NCBI RefSeq assembly: GCF_009914755.1
Contig: NC_060948.1
Reading direction: 5' to 3' (one strand)
Length of the DNA: 64,000 nucleotides
Source: the human T2T-CHM13v2.0 reference genome, Homo sapiens
Shown here: positions 1-10,575 of the stretch, in pieces
How positions within the stretch are numbered: position 1 is the first letter of the stretch
Layout of the letters: each line of letters starts with the position of its first letter
The notes under the pieces: model-generated
The model's database searches: none
Told to the model about the DNA's origin: nothing
The model's input: only the letters and a program-made list of their open reading frames with translations
Program-made: the position numbers and the translations under genes

Positions 1-397
1 ACTGGAATGGAATGTACATGAATGGAATGTAATCGAATGGAAAGCAATCCAATGGAATAGAATCTAATGCAATAAAATCGACTCAAATAGAGTAGAATGT
101 AATGGAATGGAGTGCAGTGCAATGGAATGGAATGGAATGCAACGGAATGGAATGGAATGGAATGGAATGGGATGGAATGGTATGGAATGGATAGTAATGG
201 ACTGGAGTGAAATGGACTGGAAAAGAATGGACTCAAATTGAAAGGGCTCGAAAGGAATGGAGTCAAATGGAATGGTCTGGAATGGAATGAACACGAATGT
301 AATGCAATCCAATAGAATGGAATCGAATGGCATGGAATATAAAGAAATGGAATCGAAGAGAATGGAAACAAATGGAATGGAATTGAATGGAATGGAA

Positions 398-551
398 TTG
401 AATGGAATGGGAACGAATGGAGTGAAATTGTATGCAGTAGAAGAGAATAGAATGGAATGCAAGCGAAAGGAAAGGAATGGATTGGAATGGAATGGAATTC
501 ATTGGAATGGAAGGGAATGTAGTGTAATGGACAGGCCTGGAATAAAGTGGA
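398..551. other. DYZ1 sex-typing PCR amplicon (Y1.2 site 398-420; Y1.1 reverse-complement site 529-551), repeated once per unit
   Basis: TTGAATGGAATGGGAACGAATGG at 398-420 and GGACAGGCCTGGAATAAAGTGGA at 529-551 match the Y1.2/Y1.1 primer sequences as I recall them. The span is 154 bp. Confidence 0.85.
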
Positions 552-908
552 ATGCTACGGTCTCGAATGGAATAAAAATGTATGGAATGGAATGCAATGA
601 AACGGAATCGAATGTCATAGAATGTAATGGAATGCAAAAAAATGGACTCCAAAATCATTGACTGGAAAGGCTGGGTGTCGAAAGGAATTGACTCCAATGG
701 AATGGAATCGAATGGAATGGAAGTGAATAGAATCGAACTAAATCGAATGGAATGGAATTGATAGGAACGGAATGGAAAGGAATGCAATGATTTGGCATGG
801 AATGGAATCGAAAGGCATCGAATGGAATGGAATGGAATGCAATGGAATGGAATGTATTAGAATGTAATGAACATTAATGGAAAGTACTCGAATGGATTCG
901 ACTGGAAT

Positions 909-923
909 GGAATGTTCTGGAAG
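909..923. promoter_or_regulatory. Perfect-consensus heat-shock element HSE-1 (gGAAtgTTCt[g/c]GAAg), present in all 18 full units
   Basis: GAA 910-912, TTC 915-917, GAA 920-922 give nGAAnnTTCnnGAAn. This is a motif match only; binding is not shown. Confidence 0.6.
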
Positions 924-1163
924 TGAATGGACTCCAATGGAATGGATTCGAAAGGAATGGAATCGAACGGAATGGAATTAAACGGAAATGAATCAAATAG
1001 AATAGAACGGAATTGAATTGAATGGAATCGTATGCAATGGAATCTAATGAAACGGAAAGGAATGGAATGGAATGGGCTGGAATGGAATGGAATCGAAACG
1101 AATGGAATGGAATCGAACTGAAGAGACTGGAATGGAATGCACTGGAATGGAAGGGAATGTAAT

Positions 1164-1178
1164 GGAAGGTTCTCGAAA
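1164..1178. promoter_or_regulatory. Perfect-consensus heat-shock element HSE-2 (gGAAggTTCtcGAAa), present in 15 of 18 units
   Basis: GAA 1165-1167, TTC 1170-1172, GAA 1175-1177. Mutated to tcAAG in U3, U4 and U7. Confidence 0.6.
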
Positions 1179-2204
1179 AAAATGGAATCGAAAGGAATGG
1201 AATTGAATGGAACGGAATAGAGTCGAATGGAATTCAATGGAATGGAATGGACTAGAGTGAAATGGAATCGAACCACAAGGAATGGACAGGAATAGAATGG
1301 TCTCGAATTGAATGGAATCGTATGGAATGGCATCAAACGGAATGGAATGGACGGCCACGGAATGGAATGCACTCGAATGCAATGGAGTCGAAACTAATGG
1401 ACTGGAATAGAATGGACTCGACTGGTACGGACTCCAATGGAATGGAATCGAATGGAAGGGAATCGAACGGAAGGGAATCGAACGGAATGGACTCGAAGGG
1501 AAAAGACTGCAATGGAAAGGTCTCGAATGGAATGGAAATTAATGGAATGGAATGGAATCGAATGAAATGGAGTCAAAAGGAATGGAATCGAATGGCAAGA
1601 AATCGAATGTAATGGAATCGCAAGGAATTGATGTGAACGGAACGGAATGGAATGGAATCCAAAGGAATGGAATAGAATGGAATGGAATCGAATGGAAAGG
1701 ACTCGAATGGAAATCACTCGAATAGAATGCAATTTAATAAAATAGGATCAAATGTAATGGAATGGAATGGAAAGGAATCGAAACGAAAGGAATGGAGACA
1801 GATGGAATGGAATGGAACAGAGAGCAATGGTATAGAATGGAATGGAATCATCTGGAATGGAATTGAATGGAATGGAATAATATGAAATGGAATGGAATGG
1901 AATGGAATGGAATGCCCTTGAATTAAATGGACTGGAATGGAATGGACTCGAACAGAGTGGAATGGAAAGTGTTGAAATAGCATGGAATGGACTCGTTTGG
2001 AATGGTGTAGTATGCAATGCAATCGACTGGCAGGGAATCAAAAGGAATGTAATCGAATGGATTGGACTGGAATGCAATGGACTCGAATAGATTGGAAACG
2101 GAATGCAAAGGAATGGAATGGAATAGTATGGAATGGAATGGAAAGGAATGGAGTGGAATAGACTAGAGTGGAATGGAATGGACTCGAAAGCAATGGACTG
2201 GAAT

Positions 2205-2219
2205 GGAACTTTCTTGAAT
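2205..2219. promoter_or_regulatory. Perfect-consensus heat-shock element HSE-3 (gGAActTTCttGAAt), present in all 18 full units
   Basis: GAA 2206-2208, TTC 2211-2213, GAA 2216-2218. This is a motif match only. Confidence 0.6.
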
Positions 2220-3549
2220 GGACTGGAATCAAACGGAATGGAATGCAATGCAATCAAATGGCATGGAATAAAATAGAATGAAAGAGAATCAAACGGAATT
2301 GAATCGAATGGAATCGAATGGATTGGAAAGGAATAGAATGGAATGGAATGGAATTGACTCAAATGGAATGGACTAGAATGGAATGGATTCGAATGGAAGG
2401 CAAAGGAATGGAATCTATTGGAATGGACTGTAATGGAATGGAATGGAAGGGATTGGAATGGACTCGAATGGAATGGACTGCAATAGAAAGGATTCGAATG
2501 GAATGAAAAAGAATTGAATGGAATAGAACAGAATGGAATCAAACCTCATGAAATAGAATGGAATAGAAAGGAATGGAATGAAATCGAATGGAAAGGATTC
2601 GAATGGAATGCAATCGAATGGAATGCAATCGAATGGAATGGAATCGAACGGAATGGAATAAAATGGAAGAAAACTGGCAAGAAATGGAATCGAAATGAAT
2701 GGAGTGTTAAGGAACGGACTCAAAAGGAATTGAATGTAATAGAATGGAGTGGAGTGGACTCGAATATAATGGACTGGAATGGAATGAAATCACATGGAAT
2801 GGGAACGAATGGAATGGAATGGAAAGGAATGGAATCGAATGGAAAGGAATCGAATGGAAGGGAATGAAATTGAATCAACAGGAATGGAAGGGAATAGAAT
2901 AGACGGTAATGGAATGGACTCGAATAGAATGGACACGAATGCTCAAATTGAATGGACTCGAATGGAATGGAAATGAAAGGAATGTCATCGAATGCAATTC
3001 AATCGATTGGAATGAAATCGCATAGGATGGAGTGGAATCAAATGGAATTGAATCGAAAGGAAAAGAAGCGAATTGACTGAAATGAAATGGAATGGAATTG
3101 AATGGAAAGTAATGCAACGGAATAGAATGGATTGAAATTTCACGGAATGGAATCAAACTGAATGGAATCAAATCAATGGAATATAATCAAATGGAATGGA
3201 AAGGAATTGAATGGAGTAGATTGTATTGGATGGGATTGGAATGAAATGTACTGGAAAGGACTCGAATTTCATGAAACGGAATGGAATGTATTAGAACGGA
3301 ATGGACTCGAATGGAATTGAATGTCACGGAATGGCATCAAATGGAATGGCATCAATTGGAATGGAATCGAATGCAATGGAATGCTATGGAATGGAATGGA
3401 ATGCATTGGAATGGAATGTCCTCTAATGGAATGGATTCGAGTGGAATGGAATCGAATATAATGGAGTCTAATGAAATGGAATTGAAAGGAATGGGATCCA
3501 ATACAATGGAATATACTGGAATGTAATGTAATGAACTCGAATGTAATTG

Positions 3550-6500
3550 ACTGGAATGGAATGTACATGAGTGGAATGTAATCGAATGGAAAGTAATCCA
3601 ATGGAATAGAATCTAATGCAATAAAATCGACTCAAATAGAGTAGAATGTAATGGAATGGAGTGCAGTGCAATGGAATGGAATGGAATGGGATGGAATGGT
3701 ATGGAATGGATAGTAATGGACTGGAGTGAAATGGACTGGAAAATAATGGACTCAAATTGAAAGGGCTCGAAAGGAATGGAGTCAAATGGAATGGTCTGGA
3801 ATGGAATGAACACGAATGTAATGCAATCCAATAGAATGGAATCGAATGGCATGGAATATAAAGAAATGGAATCGAAGAGAATGGAAACAAATGGAATGGA
3901 ATTGAATGGAATGGAATTGAATGGAATGGGAACGAATGGAGTGAAATTGTATGCAGTAGAAGAGAATAGAATGGAATGCAAGCGAAAGGAAAGGAATGGA
4001 TTGGAATGGAATGGAATTCATTGGAATGGAAGGGAATGTAGTGTAATGGACAGGACTGTAATAAAGTGGAATGCTACGGTCTCGAATGGAATAAAAATGT
4101 ATGGAATGGAATGCAATGAAACGGAATCGAATGTCATAGAAGTAATGGAATGCAAAAAAATGGACTCCAAAATCATTGACTGGAAAGGCTGGGTGTCGAA
4201 AGGAATTTACTCCAATGGAATGGAATCGAATGGAATGGAAGTGAATAGAATCGAACTAAATCGAATGGAATGGAATTGATAGGAACGGAATGGAAAGGAA
4301 TGCAATGATTTCGCATGGAATGGAATCGAATGGCATCGAATGGAATGGAATGGAATGCAATGGAATGGAATGTATTAAAATGTAATGAACTTTAATGGAA
4401 TGTACTCGAATGGATTCGACTGGAATGGAATGTTCTCGAAGTGAATGGACTCCAATGGAATGGATTCGAAAGGAATGGAATCTAATGGAATGGAATTAAA
4501 TGGAAATGAATCAAATTGAATAGAACGGAATTGAATTGAATGGAATCGAATGCAATGGAATCTAATGAAACGGAAAGGAAAGGAATGGAATGGAATGGAA
4601 TGGAATGGGCTGGAATGGAATGGAATCGAAACGAATGGAATGGAATCGAACTGAAGAGACTGGAATGGAATACACTGGAATGGAAGGGAATGTAATGGAA
4701 GGTTCTCGAAAAAAATGTAATTGAAAGGAATGGAATTGAGTGGAACGGAATAGAGTCGAATGGAATTCAATGGAATGGAATGGACTAGAGTGAAATGGAA
4801 TCGAACCACAAGGAATGGACAGGAATAGAATGGTCTCGAATTGAATGGAATCGTATGGAATGGCATCAAACGGAATGGAATGGACAGCCACGGAATGGAA
4901 TGCACTCGAATGCAATGGAGTCGAAACTAATGGACTGGAATAGAATGGACTCGACTGGTACGGACTCCAATGGAATGGAATCGAATGGAAGGGAATCGAA
5001 CGGAATGGACTCGAAGGGAAAAGACTGCAATGGAAAGGTCTCGAATGGAATGGAAATTAATGGAATGGAATGGAATCGAATGAAATGGAGTCAAAAGGAA
5101 TGGAATCGAATGGCAAGAAATCGAATGTAATGGAATCGCAAGGAATTGATGTGAACGGAACGGAATGGAATGGAATCCAAAGGAATGGAATAGAATGGAA
5201 TGGAATCGAATGGAAAGGACTCGAATGGAAATCACTCGAATAGAATGCAATTTAATAAAATAGGATCAAATGTAATGGAATGGAATGGAAAGGAATCGAA
5301 ACGAAAGGAATGGAGACAGATGGAATGGAATGGAACAGAGAGCAATGGTATAGAATGGAATGGAATCATCTGGAATGGAATTGAATGGAATGGAATAACA
5401 TGAAATGGACTGGAATGGAATGGAATGCCCTTGAATTAAATGGACTGGAATGGAATGGACTCGAACAGAGTGGAATGGAAAGTGTTGACATAGAATGGAA
5501 TGGACTCGTTTGGAATGGTCTAGTATGCAATGCAATCGACTGGCAGGGAATCAAAAGGAATGTAATCGAATGGATTGGACTGGAATGCAATGGACTCGAA
5601 TAGATTGGAAACGGAATGCAAAGGAATGGAATGGAATAGTATGGAATGGAATGGAAAGGAATGGAGTGGAATAGACTAGAGTGGAATGGAATGGACTCGA
5701 AAGCAATGGACTGGAATGGAACTTTCTTGAATGGACTGGAATCAAACGGAATGGAATGTAATGCAATCAAATGGCATGGAATAAAATAGAATGAAAGAGA
5801 ATCAAATGGAATTGAATCGAATGGAATCGAATGGATTGGAAAGGAATAGAATGGAATGGAATGGAATTGACTCAAATGGAATGGACTAGAATGGAATGGA
5901 TTCGAATGGAAGGCAAAGGAATGGAATCTATTGGAATGGACTGTAATGGAATGGAATGGAAGGGATTGGAATGGACTCGAATGGAATGGACTGCAATAGA
6001 AAGGATTCGAATGGAATGAAAAAGAATTGAATGGAATAGAACAGAATGGAATCAAATCGAATGAAATGGAATGGAATAGAAAGGAATGGAATGAAATGGA
6101 ATGGAAAGGATTCGAATGGAATGCAATCGAATGGACTGGAATCGAACGGAATGGAATAAAATGGAAGAAAACTGGCAAGAAATGGAATCGAAATGAATGG
6201 AGTGTTATGGAACGGACTCAAAAGGAATTGAATGTAATAGAATGGAGTGGAGTGGACTCCAATATAATAGACTGGAATGGAATGAAATCACATGGAATGG
6301 GAACGAATGGAATGGAATGGAAAGGAATGGAATCGAATGGAAAGGAATCGAATGGAAGGGAATGAAATTGAATCAACAGGAATGGAAAGGAGTAGAATAG
6401 ACGGTAATGGAATGGGCTCGAATAGAATGGACACGAATGCTCAAATTAAATGGACTCGAATGGAATGGAAACGAAAGGAATGTCATCGAATGGAATTGAA

Positions 6501-7047
6501 TCGATTGGAATGAAATCACATAGAATGGAGTGGAATCAAATGGAATTGAATCGAAAGGAAAGGAAGCGAATGGACTGAAATGAAATGGAATGGAATTGAA
6601 TGGAAATTAATGCAATGGAATAGAATGGAAAGAAATTTCACGGAATGGAATCAAACTGAATGGAATCAAATCAATGGAATATAATCAAATGGAATGGAAA
6701 GGAATTGAATGGAGTAGATTGGATTGGATGGGATTGGAATGAAATGTACTGGAAAGGACTCGAATTTCATGAAACGGAATGGAATGAATTAGAACGGAAT
6801 GGACTCGAATGGAATGGAATATCACGGAATGGCATCAAATGGAATGGCATCAATTGGAATGGAATCGAATGCAATGGAATGCTATGGAATGGAATGGAAT
6901 GCATTGGAATGGAATGTCCTCTAATGGAATGGATTCGAGTGGAATGGAATCGAATATAATGGAGTCTAATGAAATGGAATTGAAAGGAATGGGATCCAAT
7001 ACAATGGAATATACTGGAATGTAATGTAATGAACTCGAATGTAATTG
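3550..7047 (+). repeat. DYZ1 unit U2, type B (3498 bp)
   Basis: B markers: pure pentamer run 30 bp shorter, 1-bp deletion (tagaagtaat), gatttcgcat, ataacatg, gggctcgaatag. Confidence 0.9.
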
Positions 7048-10000
7048 ACTGGAATGGAATGTACATGAATGGAATGTAATCGAATGGAAAGTAATCCAAT
7101 GGAATAGAATCTAATGCAATAAAATCGACTCAAGTAGAGTAGAATATAATGGAATGGAGTGCAGTGCAATGGAATGGAATGGAATGGAATGCAATGGAAT
7201 GGAATGGAATGGAATGGAATGGAATGGAATATGATGGAATGGTATGGAATGGATAGTAATGGACTGGAGTGAAATGGACTGGAAAGGAATGGACTCAAAT
7301 TGAAAGGGCTCGAAAGGAATGGAGTCAAATGGAATGGTCTGGAATGGAATGAACACGAATGTAATGCAATCCAATAGAATGGAATCGAATGGCATGGAAT
7401 ATAAAGAAATGGAATCGAAGAGAATGGAAACAAATGGAATGGAATTGAATGGAATGGAATTGAATGGAATGGGAACGAATGGAGTGAAATTGTATGCAGT
7501 AGAAGAGAATAGAATGGAATGCAAGCGAAAGGAAAGGAATGGATTGGAATGGAATGGAATTCATTGGAATGGAAGGGAATGTAGTGTAATGGACAGGCCT
7601 GGAATAAAGTGGAATGCTACGGTCTCGAATGGAATAAAAATGTATGGAATGGAATGCAATGAAACGGAATCGAATGTCATAGAATGTAATGGAATGCAAA
7701 AAAATGGAATCCAAAATCATTGACTGGAAAGGCTGGGTGTCGAAAGGAATTGACTCCAATGGAATGGAATCGAATGGCATGGAAGTGAATAGAATGGAAC
7801 TAAATCGAATGGAATGGAATTGATAGGAACGGAATGGAAAGGAATGCAATGATTTGGCATGGAATGGAATCGAATGGCATCGAATGGAATGGAATGGAAT
7901 GCAATGGAATGGAATGTATTAGAATGTAATGAACTTTAATGGAATGTACTCGAATGGATTCGACTGGAATGGAATGTTCTCGAAGTGAATGGACTCCAAT
8001 GGAATGGATTCGAAAGGAATGGAATCTAATGGAATGGAATTAAATGGAAATGAATCAAATTGAATAGAACGGAATTGAATTGAATGGAATCGAATGCAAT
8101 GGAATCTAAAGAAAAGGAAAGGAAAGGAATGGAATGGATTGGAATGGAATGGGCTGGAATGGAATGGAATCGAAACGAATGGAATGGAATCGAACTGAAG
8201 AGACTGGAATGGAATGCACTGGAATGGAAGGGAATGTAATGGAAGGTTCTCAAGAAAAATGGAATCGAAAGGAATGGAATTGAATGGAACGGAATAGAGT
8301 CGAATGGAATTCAATGGAATGGAATGGACTAGAGTGAAATGGAATCGAACCACAAGGAATGGACAGGAATAGAATGGTCTCGAATTGAATGGAATCGTAT
8401 GGAATGGCATCAAACGGAATGGAATGGACAGCCACGGAATGGAATGCACTCGAATGCAATGGAGTCGACACTAACGGAGTGGAATAGAATGGACTCGACT
8501 GGTACGGACTCCAATGGAATGGAATCGAATGGAAGGGTATCGAACGGAATGGACTCGAAGGGAAAAGACTGCAATGGAAAGGTCTCGAATGGAATGGAAA
8601 TTAATGGAATGGAATGGAATCGAATGAAATGGAGTCAAAAGGAATGGAATCGAATGGCAAGAAATCGAATGTAATGGAATCGCAAGGAATTGAAGTGAAC
8701 GGAACGGAATGCAATGGAATCCAAAGGAATGGAATAGAATGGAATGGAATCGAATGGAAAGGACTCGAATGGAAATCACTCGAATAGAATGCAATTTAAT
8801 AAAATAGGATCAAATGTAATGGAATGGAATGGAAAGGAATCGAAACGAAAGGAATGGAGACAGATGGAATGGAATGGAACAGAGAGCAATGGTATAGAAT
8901 GGAATGGAATCATCTGGAATGGAATTGAATGGAATGGAATAATATGAAATGGAATGGAATGGAATGGAATGCCCTTGAATTAAATGGACTGGAATGGAAT
9001 GGACTCGAACAGAGTGGAATGGAAAGTGTTGAAATAGAATGGAATGGACTCGTTTGGAATGGTCTAGTATGCAATGCAATCGACTGGCAGGGAATCAAAA
9101 GGAATGTAATCGAATGGATTGGACTGGAATGCAATGGACTCGAATAGATTGGAAACGGAAAGCAAAGGAATGGAATGGAATAGTATGGAATGGAATGGAA
9201 AGGAATGGAGTGGAATAGACTAGAGTGGAATGGAATGGACTGGAAAGCAATGGACTGGAATGGAACTTTCTTGAATGGACTGGAATCAAACGGAATGGAA
9301 TGCAATGCAATCAAATGGCATGGAATAAAATAGAATGAAAGAGAATCAAATGGAATTGAATCGAATGGAATCGAATGGATTGGAAAGGAATAGAATGGAA
9401 TGGAACGGAATTGACTCAAATGGAATGGACTAGAATGGAATGGATTCGAATGGAAGGCAAATGAATGGAATCTATTGGAATGGACTGTAATGGAATGGAA
9501 TGGAAGGGATTGGAATGGACTCGAATGGAATGGACTGCAATAGAAAGGATTCGAATGGAATGAAAAAGAATTGAATGAAATAGAAGAGAATGGAAACAAA
9601 TCGAATGAAATGGAATGGAAGAGAAAGGAATGGAATGAAATGGAATGGAAAGGATTCGAATGGAATGCAATCGAATGGAATGGAATCGAACGGAATGGAA
9701 TAAAATGGAAGAAAACTGGCAAGAAATGGAATCGAAATGAATGGAGTGTTATGGAACGGACTCAAAAGGAATTGAATGTAATAGAATGGAGTGGAGTGGA
9801 CTCGAATATAATGGACTGGAATGGAATGAAATCACATGGAATGGGAACGAATGGAATGGAATGGAAAGGAATGGAATCGAATGGAAAGGAATCGAATGGA
9901 AGGGAATGAAATTGAATCAACAGGAATGGAAGGGAGTAGAATAGACGGTAATGGAATGGACTCGAATAGAATGGACACGAATGCTCAAATTGAATGGACT

Positions 10001-10575
10001 CGAATGGAATGGAAACGAAAGGAATGTCATCGAATGGAATTGAATCGATTGGAATGAAATCGCATAGAATGGAGTGGAATCAAATGGAATTGAATCGAAA
10101 GGAAAGGAAGCGAATGGACTGAAATGAAATGGAATGGAATTGAATGGAAAGTAATGCAATGGAATAGAATGGAACGAAATTTCACGGAATGGAATCAAAC
10201 TGAATGGAATCAAATCAATGGAATATAATCAAATGGAATGGAAAGGAATTGAACGGAGTAGATTGGATTGGATGGGATTGGAATGAAATTACTGGAAAGG
10301 ACTCGAAATTCATGAAACGGAATGGAATGAACTGGAACGGAATGGAATCGAATGGAATGGAATGTCATGTAATGGCATCAAATGGAATGGAATCGAATGC
10401 GATGGAATGCTATGGAATGGAATGGAATGCATAGGAATGGAATGTCCTCTAATGGAATGTATTCGAGTGGAATGGAATCGAATATAATGGAGTCTAATGA
10501 AATGGAATTGAAAGGAATGGGACCGAATACAATGGAATAAACTGGAATGTAATGTAATGAACTCGAATGTAATTG
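7048..10575 (+). repeat. DYZ1 unit U3, type C (3528 bp)
   Basis: C markers: ttctcaaga, gtcgacactaacggagt, gggtatcg, ttgaagtg, gaagagaaag. Private 1-bp deletion near 10290. Confidence 0.9.

Larger units (their letters stand above)
1..3549 (+). repeat. DYZ1 unit U1, type A (3549 bp)
   Basis: Units are anchored on actggaatggaatgtacatg. A markers: aaaggcatcg, acattaat, acggccacgg, a 15-bp duplication at 1456-1485, and aaacctcatg. Confidence 0.9.

Noticed and set aside
1456-1485. 15-bp indels preserving ORF frames as evidence of coding selection
   Set aside because: 1-bp, 5-bp and 20-bp indels also occur and break the same frames. Misalignment of the repeat explains the pattern better.
71-2662. 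Several AATAAA hexamers per unit (e.g. 71, 541, 571, ~1736, ~2267, ~2657)
   Set aside because: They arise readily from AATGGA by two G>A changes, and there is no downstream GU-rich element or other support for poly(A) use.
3164-3176. DUX4-like motif (gaatcaaatca)
   Set aside because: It lacks the TAA start of the TAAYYYAATCA consensus.
3133-3276. Further HSE-like sites (GAAatTTCacGGA; GAAtTTCatGAA)
   Set aside because: One has a mismatched third pentamer and the other has wrong spacing, so only two units match. They are not counted as perfect HSEs.
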